This document shows positions 20,881-31,029 of a stretch of DNA of 64,000 nucleotides, piece after piece (the stretch's first letter is position 1; every line of letters starts with the position of its first letter). This DNA is from an uncultured Clostridium sp. (lineage in GTDB: Bacteria; Bacillota; Clostridia; TANB77; CAG-508), in assembly GCA_946496575.1 (NCBI GenBank), contig CAMMHE010000004.1:2661-66660 (forward strand). Reading direction: 5' to 3'. A program made the translations under genes and the position numbers. The notes beneath the pieces are model-generated. The model was not told the origin of the DNA, did no database searches, and worked only from the letters and a program-made list of their open reading frames with translations.

Positions 20881-21129
20881 ATGAAATCAACAGGAATAGT
20901 AAGAAAGGTAGATGAATTAGGTAGAATAGTCATTCCTATAGAACTTAGAAACAAATTAGATATTGCCATAAAAGACCCTATAGAAATATTTGTTGAAGGC
21001 TCTTCTATAGTTTTGAAAAAATACGAGCCTAATTGTATTTTCTGTGGCAGTTCTAAAGAATTGTCTACTTATAAAGATAAATTAATATGTGCAAAATGTT
21101 TAAATAATTTATCTGAATTATCTAAATAA
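20881..21129 (+). CDS. abrB: transition-state regulator AbrB
   Basis: MKSTGIVRKVDELGRIVIPIELR is the SpoVT/AbrB swapped-hairpin N-terminus. ATG at 20881 follows GGAGGA. Confidence 0.9.
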   Translation: MKSTGIVRKVDELGRIVIPIELRNKLDIAIKDPIEIFVEGSSIVLKKYEPNCIFCGSSKELSTYKDKLICAKCLNNLSELSK

Positions 21130-21199
21130 ATATTACCAAAAAAGACAAGCATTTATAGTTTACAAATACTAATGCTTGTTTTTTTATATATTTTTGTAC

Positions 21200-22030
21200 T
21201 TATTTGTTTATGAAAATTTGATATATTTCATTTTTTGTTTTTTTTCTATCTTTTGCTATTTTTTTTATAATTTCATTTTTGGATAATCCTTGTTTTTCAT
21301 ATAACTTATAATGATCTTCTATATCTAATTCATCAAAGTTTTCTTTATTTTCAATATTCTTATTTGCCTCTATTATTAGAATCATTTCTCCTTTTAAATC
21401 ATCTATTTTTGCAATCAAGTCATCTATTGGTTTTCTAATAAATTCTTCATGTATTTTAGTAAGTTCCCTAGCTAAAACAATGTTTCTTCCTTTTAAATAA
21501 TCTTTTAAATCATTTAATGTTGTTTTCATTTTATGTGGTGCTTCATATAAAATAATTGTTTTATTAGCTTTTTTTATCTCTTCTAGTTTTTCTTTTCGAA
21601 GCTTTTTATTTAATGGTAAAAATCCTAAAAATATAAATTCTTTAGTTTCAATTCCTGAAGCAATTAATGCATTTATCATAGCACAAGCTCCTGGAATAGG
21701 TATAACATTTATATTGTTTTGTATAGCTTTTTTTATGACTTGCTCTCCTGGATCTGAAATTCCTGGTGTTCCTGCATCAGATACTAAAGCAATATTTTCC
21801 CCATTATTTAATTTTTCAATTATATAATCAGATTTTATATCTTCATTATGTCTATGATAACTTATTAAATGCTTTGAAATTTCATAATGATTTAAAAGTT
21901 TTAATGTTTGTCTTGTATCTTCTGCAGCAATTATATCAACTTCTTTTAAAATCTTCAAAGCCCTATATGTTATGTCTTCTAAATTTCCAATAGGTGTTGC
22001 AACTATATATAAATTTCCTTTCATACTCAT
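21200..22030 (-). CDS. rsmI: 16S rRNA (cytidine1402-2'-O)-methyltransferase
   Basis: GNLYIVATPIGNLEDITYRALKIL and SDAGTPGISDPG. Confidence 0.9.
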   Translation of the reverse strand: MSMKGNLYIVATPIGNLEDITYRALKILKEVDIIAAEDTRQTLKLLNHYEISKHLISYHRHNEDIKSDYIIEKLNNGENIALVSDAGTPGISDPGEQVIKKAIQNNINVIPIPGACAMINALIASGIETKEFIFLGFLPLNKKLRKEKLEEIKKANKTIILYEAPHKMKTTLNDLKDYLKGRNIVLARELTKIHEEFIRKPIDDLIAKIDDLKGEMILIIEANKNIENKENFDELDIEDHYKLYEKQGLSKNEIIKKIAKDRKKTKNEIYQIFINK

Positions 22031-22164
22031 TTTCTATTAGGTTCTTAATAATACCTAATATCCCCTTCCTCATTAAATTTCAAAAATTTTACACGTTTAT
22101 TTAAAGTATGAATATTATATAATAATTTTAATTTTTTTGCAAAATTTATAAAGGATGTGTAAAT

Positions 22165-22341
22165 ATGAATAATTTATATCGATCTGCTACACCAATTAGA
22201 TCTTCACAAAATAACGTTAAAAAACTAAATTTTAAAACTATTAAACATAACACTATTTGCTCTTTAAATGATGTTGAATATTTTCTGAATAATTTGAATG
22301 GTTTAGTACGCTATATTAAATTATATAAATTATTAAGGTAA
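22165..22341 (+). CDS. possible small protein (58 aa), absent from the ORF track
   Basis: ATG at 22165 with AAAGGA upstream. Translation is MNNLYRSATPIRSSQNNVKKLNFKTIKHNTICSLNDVEYFLNNLNGLVRYIKLYKLLR. Its stop abuts the stop of the convergent gerM-like gene. Confidence 0.3.
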   Translation: MNNLYRSATPIRSSQNNVKKLNFKTIKHNTICSLNDVEYFLNNLNGLVRYIKLYKLLR

Positions 22342-22887
22342 TTATTTAGTTGGTCTGTATTCGTCAGGAAAAACAGAATTTTCTTCGCCTTCTATTAGGA
22401 AACTAACAGATTCTACCTCTGTTAATTCTGTTAAAGTTTTAGCTATGGTATTTATAATATTATTTTTTAATGTTTCATCTTCACCAATATTTAGAATTTC
22501 TTTAGATAGATTTATTATTACACATCCTCCTTCAATACTAGAGTCATACACTTTTACACCATCTGGTATTATTTTTTCTAAATTATCGTTTTGTGTTCCT
22601 TGTATTAATAATTCTACTAATGTTTTATAAGGATTTATAGACAATGTGCGTGCATCTATAGCTCTTGCTTCTGCCATTATCTCTTTTGATTCTTTATTTA
22701 TAAAGTATAAATTTACAACAGTTTCTCTATATTGCTCTTCACTTATTTCTTGTTCTGGAATATAGTCTTGATATAATTCATCTTCTTTTTGTGATTTGTT
22801 TTTTAAATATGATAATAAAAAATATCCTCCAATTAGAAGTAATATAAATAAAGTTAAAAATACAATTATAATTTTGTTTTTCTTCAT
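22342..22887 (-). CDS. GerM-domain (GerMN) sporulation/germination protein
   Basis: N-terminal TM anchor, then VNLYFINKESKEIMAEARAID...NPYKTLVELLIQGT, which is typical of the GerMN domain. Confidence 0.7.
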   Translation of the reverse strand: MKKNKIIIVFLTLFILLLIGGYFLLSYLKNKSQKEDELYQDYIPEQEISEEQYRETVVNLYFINKESKEIMAEARAIDARTLSINPYKTLVELLIQGTQNDNLEKIIPDGVKVYDSSIEGGCVIINLSKEILNIGEDETLKNNIINTIAKTLTELTEVESVSFLIEGEENSVFPDEYRPTK

Positions 22888-23162
22888 TTTTTCTTCCTTT
22901 CTAGTACTTTGGATTATCAAATTTATAATTTGATAACTTTTACTTAATTTTTATTTAATATTATTTATATCCTGTCCCTTTTAGAACCTTTTTTATATAA
23001 TTTTTAATTTTTATTAAAATTATTATAATTAACTATTTTTGAGTAAATATGAGAATTCAATAATAATTATACTATTTTATGATAATTGACAAAACTTCTT
23101 TTTAAGTATAAAATACATATATTTAGAAGAATTTATAATTTACATTAATAAAGGAGTTTTAT

Positions 23163-26100
23163 ATGAAAAAAAATATAGAGAATATTTTACATGTAGGTCT
23201 TGATGTTGGATCAACTACTGTAAAAATTATAGTAATGGATGAAGATAAAAATATAATTTTTAAAAATTATCAAAGACATTTTTCAGATACAAAAAATACA
23301 GTTTGTAATGTATTAGAAGAACTATGTAATAAATTTCCAAATAATAAATTTACAATTGCCCTTACAGGATCAGGTGCTATGTCTGCAGCTCGATTTTTAA
23401 AAGTTGTTTTTATTCAAGAAGTAGTTGCCTGTAAACGTGCAGTAGAAAAATATATTCCTGAAACTGATGTTGTAATTGAACTTGGTGGTGAAGATGCCAA
23501 AATTATTTATTTTGATAAATCTATTGAACAACGTATGAATGGTACTTGCGCAGGCGGTACAGGTGCTTTTATTGATCAAATGGCTTCCCTTCTTAATACT
23601 GATACACAAGGTTTAAATGATCTAGCTAAAAATCATAATATGATTTATCCAATTGCTTCTCGTTGCGGAGTATTTGCCAAAACTGATATCCAACCATTAA
23701 TCAATGAAGGAGCTGCAAAAGAAGATATTGCTGCATCAATATTTCAAGCAGTTGTTAATCAAACAATCAGTGGTTTAGCTTGTGGTAGGCCAATTAGAGG
23801 TAAAGTTGCATTTTTAGGAGGTCCTCTTACTTACTTACCAGAACTTAGAAATAGGTTTATAGAAACTCTTCACTTATCTAATGATGAAATAATTGTTCCA
23901 GAAGAGGCTCACCTTTTAGTTGCAAATGGTGCAGCACTTGATTCCCTAAATGCAATTCCTATTACACCTGAAGAATTAAGAAATAAAATTGAAAATTTAA
24001 GAAATTCTCACGATAATACTTCACATCCATTAGAACCTTTATTTAAATCAAAAGTCGATTATGAAGAATTTAAAAATAGGCATAATTTATCAAAAGTTAT
24101 AAAAGGGGATTTGTTAAATTTTAAAGGAGACTGTTTTATTGGTATAGATGCTGGTTCTACTACAACAAAATTGGTTTTAATCGATAGAAATGGTGCTATT
24201 TTATATTCATTATATGATAGCAATGAAGGAAACCCTCTAAATAGTGTAGTAAAAATGTTAGAAAAACTTTATACCGTACTGCCTCAAGGTTCTAAAATTA
24301 GATATAGTGGTGTTACAGGTTATGGGGAAAAGTTGATACAAACAGCACTAAATGTAGATTTAAGTGAAATTGAAACAATAGCTCACTATACTGCTGCCAA
24401 AAAGTTTGATCCAGAAGTTACTAGTATAGTAGATATTGGTGGTCAAGATATGAAATATATCAAATTAAAAAATGGAACTATTGATAATATCATGCTAAAT
24501 GAAGCTTGCTCTTCTGGGTGTGGTTCTTTTATCGAAACTTTTGCCAAAAGTTTAAACTTAAGCATTTCTGACTTTGTAAATCAGGCTTTGGAATCTAAAA
24601 AGCCTGTAGATTTGGGTTCAAGGTGCACGGTATTTATGAATTCAAAAATAAAGCAAGCTCAAAAAGAAGGTTATTCAGTTGGTGATATTTCAAGTGGCCT
24701 TTCATATTCTGTCATTAAAAACGCAATTCAAAAAGTTATGAAGGTCAGAGATGTCGATACCCTAGGGAATCATATAGTTGTTCAAGGTGGTACTTTTTAT
24801 AATAATGCTGTATTGCGTGCATTTGAAAAAATTGTTGGCAAAAATGTAATAAGGCCTGATATTGCTGGCCTTATGGGAGCCTACGGAATGGCATTACTTG
24901 CTAAAGAACAATTTGAATCAAATTTAGATATGGAATACATCTCAACCATTGCTTCTTTAGATGACATAAAACACTTAAATGTTGAAGTGACACATACTAG
25001 ATGTAATGGATGTGAAAATCATTGTAAATTAACCATTAATAAATTTGGAAATGGTAAACGTTATATCTCTGGAAACCGATGCGAAAAAGGGAGTGGTTCT
25101 GTTACTGCAAATTCTAACCTTCCAAATTTAGTACAGTATAAATATAATAGATTATTTGACTATAAACCTTTAGATGCACAATATGCAATTAGAGGAACGA
25201 TTGGTATTCCACGTGTCTTAAATATGTATGAAGATTATCCATTCTGGTTTACTTTTTTTACTGAACTTGGATTTAGAGTTATTATATCTGAAAAGAGTAC
25301 ACGTAAGACTTATGAACGCGGCATGGAATCAATGCCATCTGAATCAGTGTGTTATCCCGCAAAACTATCACATGGGCACATCGAAAATCTTATAGAAAGA
25401 GGCATCAAAACAATTTTTTATCCATGTATGCCTTATTCACGAAAAGAATTCGAAAAAGCTGATAATAAATACAATTGCCCTATAGTAATATCATATTCGG
25501 AAGTTTTAAAAAATAATGTTGAAGAATTAAAAAATCCTGAAATAAAATTTATTAATCCATTTTTACCTTTTGATTGCAAAAATCTTGTAAAAAAAGTTAT
25601 GGAATTGGATGAATTCAAGGAATATAATTTTACAAAGCGAGAACTAGTCGATGCCGCTCAAAAAGCTGAACAAGAATACCAAAAGTTCAAAAAAGATGTA
25701 CATACAAAAGGCGAAGAAACTGTAAGATATATTGAAGAAAATAACTTGAAAGGAATTGTTTTAGCTGGAAGACCTTATCATGTTGATCCAGAAATCAATC
25801 ACGGAATTGATACATTAATAACTTCCCTAGGTCTTTGCGTTTTAACTGAAGATAGTGTATCAAATCTTACAGAAGCCAAAAGACCACTTAGAGTTGTTGA
25901 CCAATGGGTATTCCATTCAAGACTATATTCAGCTGCTGACTTCGTTGGTAAACATGATAATTTAGAATTAGTACAATTAAATTCCTTTGGCTGTGGTGTA
26001 GATGCTGTTACAACAGATCAAGTAGAAGAAATATTATCAAGCTTTAATAAAATGTATACATTGATAAAAATAGATGAAGTAAATAATTTAGGGGCAGTTA

Positions 26101-27488
26101 GAATTCGTATACGTTCACTTATAGCAAGTATGAATAAGCGTTTAGCAGAAAAACAAGAAAAATCGACAGGAAATTATGAATTAAACAAAAAAGTATTTAC
26201 AAAAGAAATGAGGAAAAACAATTATACAATATTAATTCCTCAAATGGCTCCTGTTCACTTCGAACTTTTAGAAAGTGCTGTTAAAGCATGTGGATATAAT
26301 GCTGTATTACTTCGTGAATGTACTCCTCATACAGTTGAGGTAGGGCTAAAATATGTAAACAATGATGCATGTTATCCATCTATACTTGTTACTGGTCAAA
26401 TGATTGAAGCACTTCAGTCTGGTAAATATGACTTAAATAAAACTGCATTAATAATGTCTCAAACAGGTGGCGGATGTAGGGCTACAAATTATATAGGATT
26501 TATTCGAAAAGCTTTAAAAGATGCTGGTTTTGGTAATATTCCTGTAATATCTTTTAATGTAGTTGGAATGGAAAAAATGTCTGGATTTAGCTTAACCCCT
26601 AGCTTAATGGAAAAATTATTAAAATCCGTTGTTTATGGAGATTTATTACAGAAGGTACTTACAAAAAACAGAGCTTATGAAATAAATAAAGGTGAAACTC
26701 AAAAATTATATGATCAATGGATGGTTAAGTGTAAAGAACTTGTAACCAAATCTACAAATAAACAATTTAAGCAAAGCATTTATGACATTATAAATGATTT
26801 TGAAAAGATAGAATTAGATACTAGTGTCAAAAAACCTAAAGTAGGAATTGTTGGAGAAGTATTAATAAAATATCACCCTTTCGGCAATAATTTTGTAGCA
26901 GATTTACTTGAAAAAGAAGGTGCAGAAGTTATATTACCAGATTTTATGGGATTTGTTAAATTTATGGCTACACATAAAATTACATTTAATTCTCTATTAA
27001 ATATAAATAAGACTTCTTCTAAAATAAGTAAGTTAGCAATAAGCTTAATAGATATTTTAGAAAAAGATACACGTACAGCATTAGCTAGTTCTAAAAAGGG
27101 ATATTTGCCACCTTGTGATATTTGGCATTTAGAAGATAAAGTTAAAGATGTATTATCTATTGGAAATCAAACAGGTGAAGGATGGTTTTTAACAGCTGAA
27201 ATGATTGAATATATTGAAAATGATATTCCAAATATAGTATGTGTTCAGCCATTTGCATGCCTTCCTAATCATGTTGTTGGAAAAGGAGTTATAAAAACAA
27301 TAAGAGAGAAATATCCTTTTGCTAATATTTCTCCTGTTGATTACGATCCTGGTGCTAGTGAAGCAAATCAAGCTAATAGAATTAAACTTTTAATGTCTGT
27401 AGCTAAAGACAATTTAAAATTTAGAAATAAAGAAATAAAAACATTGAAAGAAGAAAATCTTGAAAATAAACAAACTATTTATTCTTAA
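23163..27488 (+). CDS. 1441-aa fusion: two BcrAD/BadFG-type activase ATPase modules plus a 2-hydroxyacyl-CoA-dehydratase-like (HgdB/D-component-like) region
   Basis: Two ASKHA modules (GLDVGSTTVKI and GIDAGSTTTKL), each with cluster-ligand Cys residues. Central Cys motif CNGCENHC...CEKG. C-terminal dehydratase-like half. Confidence 0.8.
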   Translation: MKKNIENILHVGLDVGSTTVKIIVMDEDKNIIFKNYQRHFSDTKNTVCNVLEELCNKFPNNKFTIALTGSGAMSAARFLKVVFIQEVVACKRAVEKYIPETDVVIELGGEDAKIIYFDKSIEQRMNGTCAGGTGAFIDQMASLLNTDTQGLNDLAKNHNMIYPIASRCGVFAKTDIQPLINEGAAKEDIAASIFQAVVNQTISGLACGRPIRGKVAFLGGPLTYLPELRNRFIETLHLSNDEIIVPEEAHLLVANGAALDSLNAIPITPEELRNKIENLRNSHDNTSHPLEPLFKSKVDYEEFKNRHNLSKVIKGDLLNFKGDCFIGIDAGSTTTKLVLIDRNGAILYSLYDSNEGNPLNSVVKMLEKLYTVLPQGSKIRYSGVTGYGEKLIQTALNVDLSEIETIAHYTAAKKFDPEVTSIVDIGGQDMKYIKLKNGTIDNIMLNEACSSGCGSFIETFAKSLNLSISDFVNQALESKKPVDLGSRCTVFMNSKIKQAQKEGYSVGDISSGLSYSVIKNAIQKVMKVRDVDTLGNHIVVQGGTFYNNAVLRAFEKIVGKNVIRPDIAGLMGAYGMALLAKEQFESNLDMEYISTIASLDDIKHLNVEVTHTRCNGCENHCKLTINKFGNGKRYISGNRCEKGSGSVTANSNLPNLVQYKYNRLFDYKPLDAQYAIRGTIGIPRVLNMYEDYPFWFTFFTELGFRVIISEKSTRKTYERGMESMPSESVCYPAKLSHGHIENLIERGIKTIFYPCMPYSRKEFEKADNKYNCPIVISYSEVLKNNVEELKNPEIKFINPFLPFDCKNLVKKVMELDEFKEYNFTKRELVDAAQKAEQEYQKFKKDVHTKGEETVRYIEENNLKGIVLAGRPYHVDPEINHGIDTLITSLGLCVLTEDSVSNLTEAKRPLRVVDQWVFHSRLYSAADFVGKHDNLELVQLNSFGCGVDAVTTDQVEEILSSFNKMYTLIKIDEVNNLGAVRIRIRSLIASMNKRLAEKQEKSTGNYELNKKVFTKEMRKNNYTILIPQMAPVHFELLESAVKACGYNAVLLRECTPHTVEVGLKYVNNDACYPSILVTGQMIEALQSGKYDLNKTALIMSQTGGGCRATNYIGFIRKALKDAGFGNIPVISFNVVGMEKMSGFSLTPSLMEKLLKSVVYGDLLQKVLTKNRAYEINKGETQKLYDQWMVKCKELVTKSTNKQFKQSIYDIINDFEKIELDTSVKKPKVGIVGEVLIKYHPFGNNFVADLLEKEGAEVILPDFMGFVKFMATHKITFNSLLNINKTSSKISKLAISLIDILEKDTRTALASSKKGYLPPCDIWHLEDKVKDVLSIGNQTGEGWFLTAEMIEYIENDIPNIVCVQPFACLPNHVVGKGVIKTIREKYPFANISPVDYDPGASEANQANRIKLLMSVAKDNLKFRNKEIKTLKEENLENKQTIYS

Positions 27489-27498
27489 AATATTTAAA

Positions 27499-27530
27499 AT
27501 AGGAATTCTAAAAATAAGAATTCCTATTTT
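27499..27530. terminator. bidirectional terminator between convergent genes
   Basis: ataggaattct (27499-27509) pairs with agaattcctat (27517-27527), flanked by A and T runs. Confidence 0.65.
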
Positions 27531-27531
27531 A

Positions 27532-28464
27532 TTATATATTTTTTATTTTTTCAATTTGTTCTTTTGCTACTTTATAACCTAAATTATACAAATAATCAAT
27601 CTTATTAATATCTAATAGTGAAATTTTTTCTGTTTTTATTTTTAATAAATAATCTACTCCATCTAATTCATAATTTGAAAGTTCGTGTCCCATAATTTCT
27701 ATTGATGCCATTATTATATCTATTATATTTTTGTCGTCATTTTGTTTTTCGCATTCTGTTTCAAAGCATACACATAAAACCTTATCTGCTCCATTTTCCT
27801 TTAATTCTTTCCAAGGTGTATTTTCCCTAATACCTCCATCTATTAATTTTGTTTTTTTAAAATCAGTTGGTGCAAAAACTCCAGGAAAACTACAGCTAGC
27901 TCTAACTGATTTTCCTATTTCTATGTCATAAATATAATTAATATTATCTGATATTTTTCTACAATTTTTTTCATTATTTAAATTATTTAAATTATTTGAA
28001 TTATTTATTTTATTTAAATTTTTATTTTTTATTTGTTTAATTCCATTAGAACAAAAATAATAAATACTTCCATCATATACATCAATTGCGGGTATAATTA
28101 AATTATTTTTTATTTGATTTATATTTTTTATTTGTTTTTTTTGACAGGAATTATTAATTATTTTTTCTATTTTTTCTCCTGAATTTAATGCTTCAATAAA
28201 TAACTTTCTTTTTTCTATTGATTTTTTTATTATATTCATAATATTTTTAAAATCTAAATATTTAATTTTTTTGCTGTATTGTTTAAATAATTTGTAAATT
28301 TCATCTGATTTATAACCACATGCATATAGAGAAGCAACAATACTTCCTGATGAAGTTCCTGAAATAAAATTAAATTTTATTTTTTCTTCTTCTAATGCCT
28401 TTATTACTCCTATATGAGCAGCACCTTTTACTCCTCCTCCTGATAATACTAAACCTAAATTCAT
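27532..28464 (-). CDS. patatin-like phospholipase
   Basis: Oxyanion loop [12 protein letters not shown], nucleophile elbow GTSSGS and catalytic DGG. ATG at 28464 follows AGGTGA. Confidence 0.9.
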   Translation of the reverse strand: MNLGLVLSGGGVKGAAHIGVIKALEEEKIKFNFISGTSSGSIVASLYACGYKSDEIYKLFKQYSKKIKYLDFKNIMNIIKKSIEKRKLFIEALNSGEKIEKIINNSCQKKQIKNINQIKNNLIIPAIDVYDGSIYYFCSNGIKQIKNKNLNKINNSNNLNNLNNEKNCRKISDNINYIYDIEIGKSVRASCSFPGVFAPTDFKKTKLIDGGIRENTPWKELKENGADKVLCVCFETECEKQNDDKNIIDIIMASIEIMGHELSNYELDGVDYLLKIKTEKISLLDINKIDYLYNLGYKVAKEQIEKIKNI

Positions 28465-28535
28465 AAAAATCACCTAATATATATTTATGCTATAAATATA
28501 TATTAGGTAATATTTTTTAATTAAATTTTATAATA

Positions 28536-30215
28536 TTAAAATATTTTTTCAAATAATTTTTGTAATTTAATTTTTATTAATTTATTTATTAATAATAAAA
28601 TAATAGTAAAAATAATTATTATTAAAATAATTGCTAAATTTAAATTAATATCAATTAATATTTTACTTAAATATGATAAAACTAATATAATTAAAATAGT
28701 TAACACGTACTGAAATAATTTATTTTTATTTTGTTTAATTGCCTCTGTTTCATTATTCCAATTTAAATTTGGTTTTCTTAAATCTACTATTACCATTAAA
28801 AAACTATTTATTATATTAATTAAAATACTTATAATAAAAATGGCTATCAAATGAGGTAAAGATATTATTGGTATTAAATATTTTGCTACAGCTAAAATTA
28901 CTATACACGATATCGTATTAAACATAATTTGTGGTACATTTAAGTATAAAAATTGTTTATATAATGATACTGGTATATATTTAATAAAATTTGCATTTTT
29001 TCCTTTACGTGAAATTACTGTAATTGATAAATTAGAAAATGTAAAAATAATTTGTATAATTGATAATATAATACAAATTGCCTCTATATTAAATTCTAAT
29101 TGTTGTACTAATTCTGAAAAATCCTCACTTTTCATCATTTCTAAAAATACCGGATATAATATCATTACTAATGCACAAATTGATATTAATGCAATAATGG
29201 ATGGTATAATACATTGCATAAAATATGTTGGATTTTTTATTAATTCTCTAAATTCTTGTTTTATATATGCCTTTTTTATACTATTTCTTTTATTAATTTT
29301 TTTTATTTTTGTTTTTTTAATTTTATTATTATTTATTTTTTCAATATTTTTTAAAATATTTTTTAAATATAAAATTTTTCCAGTAAATAAAAATATTATT
29401 AAAAATATTAAATTAAATAAAATAATTTTTAATATTTCCAAAAATAATTTAAAAAAACTATTAGATAATAACATAGTTACACTTGGATTTATTACTAAAA
29501 AATAATTATTTATTTCTTTTACTTTATTATTTATTACTTCTATTAAATTGATACTTTCTTGTTGTTGTATTTGTCTAATATATTCTGTATTCGACAGAAT
29601 ATTATTCATAATGAGAATCTCCAAAATAGAAATTATAATCATAAGTCCAATTGTAATAATAAATTGAAATATATCTTTATTTTTTATTATTTTTGATAAT
29701 TGCATTAAAAATAGCATAATTATACTTACTACCAATGAAAATATTATTGGAAAAATTAATAATATTATTATCATGCCTATATAATACACAAGTGTTCTTT
29801 CTACCATTAGTCCATACATTAATATTGGAATAAAACCAAATAAAAATGTTGATATATACGCTATACTTAACAATACACTAAATCTTCCTATTAATAATTC
29901 TACTGGTTTTATTGGAAATGGAATAATATATTCTAAATCTTTTGAAAAATAATATATATTTGTACTTGCTAAAATTTGTTGAAATATTAATATTATTGCT
30001 AATATTAATAAATAAATATTTAAAAATATTTCTGGATTAGTTGTTTTCCTCAAAAAATCTATAATATCATGACTTAACATTGATAAGCTTATAATTAAGA
30101 TAAGTACACATGCAGTATATATAAAACCTTTATTCTCTATTTTTCTTTTAAATATAGGCAATTCTGAAAAATACTCTTTACATAATACTTTACTTAAACT
30201 AATTATCTTTTTCAT
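28536..30215 (-). CDS. polytopic ABC exporter permease
   Basis: Roughly 12 or more hydrophobic segments. Overlaps the upstream ABC ATPase gene by 17 nt. Confidence 0.7.
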   Translation of the reverse strand: MKKIISLSKVLCKEYFSELPIFKRKIENKGFIYTACVLILIISLSMLSHDIIDFLRKTTNPEIFLNIYLLILAIILIFQQILASTNIYYFSKDLEYIIPFPIKPVELLIGRFSVLLSIAYISTFLFGFIPILMYGLMVERTLVYYIGMIIILLIFPIIFSLVVSIIMLFLMQLSKIIKNKDIFQFIITIGLMIIISILEILIMNNILSNTEYIRQIQQQESINLIEVINNKVKEINNYFLVINPSVTMLLSNSFFKLFLEILKIILFNLIFLIIFLFTGKILYLKNILKNIEKINNNKIKKTKIKKINKRNSIKKAYIKQEFRELIKNPTYFMQCIIPSIIALISICALVMILYPVFLEMMKSEDFSELVQQLEFNIEAICIILSIIQIIFTFSNLSITVISRKGKNANFIKYIPVSLYKQFLYLNVPQIMFNTISCIVILAVAKYLIPIISLPHLIAIFIISILINIINSFLMVIVDLRKPNLNWNNETEAIKQNKNKLFQYVLTILIILVLSYLSKILIDINLNLAIILIIIIFTIILLLINKLIKIKLQKLFEKIF

Positions 30216-30936
30216 CGTTTTTAGTTATCTCCATAAATAATTCTTCTAATGATTTATTTTCTTGTAATTTTTGTTTTATTTCTTCATATGTTCCAACAAA
30301 TAATAAATGTCCATTATTTATTATTCCTATTCTATCACATAATCTCTCTGCTACATCTAAAATATGAGTTGAAAAGAATACAGTATTTCCATTTTTAGCA
30401 TGTTCTTTCATTATTTTCTTTAATTCATATGTTGATTTCGGATCTAGCCCTGTCATAGGTTCATCTATTATCCAATTTTTAGCATTAACCAGCAATACTC
30501 CAATTATTACTATTTTTTGCCTTGTTCCATGTGAATAACTTTGTATTTTATTATTTAACAAATCATTTATACCAAATCTTTTTGATAATTCTTCTATTTT
30601 TCCTTTTCTGACTTCAATAGGAACTTCATAAATATCTGATATAAAATTTAAATATTCTATTCCTTTTAATTTTAAAAACATATCCGGGCTATCTGGTACA
30701 TATCCGAATTTCTTTTTAGCTTCTACTGGTTCTTTTTGTATACTTATTCCGTCTATCAAAATGTCTCCTTCATCTATGTTTAATATTCCTGTAATCATTT
30801 TTATAGTTGTTGTCTTTCCAGCTCCATTTGGTCCTAAAAATCCAAATATTTCTCCATCTTTTATTTCTAAATTTAATTTGTCAATTGTTTTTATACCTTT
30901 TTTATATGATTTTGATATATCATTTATTTTTATCAT
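30199..30936 (-). CDS. ABC transporter ATP-binding protein
   Basis: Walker A GPNGAGKTT, signature-like YSHGTRQK and Walker B IIDEPMTGLD. Confidence 0.9.
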   Translation of the reverse strand: MIKINDISKSYKKGIKTIDKLNLEIKDGEIFGFLGPNGAGKTTTIKMITGILNIDEGDILIDGISIQKEPVEAKKKFGYVPDSPDMFLKLKGIEYLNFISDIYEVPIEVRKGKIEELSKRFGINDLLNNKIQSYSHGTRQKIVIIGVLLVNAKNWIIDEPMTGLDPKSTYELKKIMKEHAKNGNTVFFSTHILDVAERLCDRIGIINNGHLLFVGTYEEIKQKLQENKSLEELFMEITKNDEKDN

Positions 30937-30989
30937 TTTTTGTTTCTCCTCATCAAATTTAAAAATTATATATTAATTATATCAAAAAA

Positions 30990-31023
30990 AGTGATAAGTT
31001 TAAATACTCTTATCACTTTTTTT
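30990..31023 (-). terminator. rho-independent terminator closing the T4SS-like block
   Basis: agtgataag (30990-30998) pairs with cttatcact (31009-31017), flanked by A and T runs. Confidence 0.65.
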
Positions 31024-31029
31024 AACAAT

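Noticed and set aside
20881-21129. Cys4-like motif (CIFCGS...CAKC) in the AbrB C-terminal half, considered as a novelty
   Set aside because: From memory, clostridial AbrB homologs commonly carry these cysteines. This is not distinctive enough to report without a database comparison.
27950-28030. Short tandem repeats (aaattattt units), considered as a possible CRISPR array or VNTR
   Set aside because: They lie inside the patatin coding frame and simply encode an Asn/Leu low-complexity stretch ([14 protein letters not shown]). There is no repeat-spacer architecture. No CRISPR array was seen anywhere in the window.
29000-29020. parS-like sequence CCTTTACGTGAAATTA inside the ABC permease gene
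   Set aside because: It lacks a base relative to the 16-bp parS palindrome and mismatches both outer arms, so it is probably a chance match.
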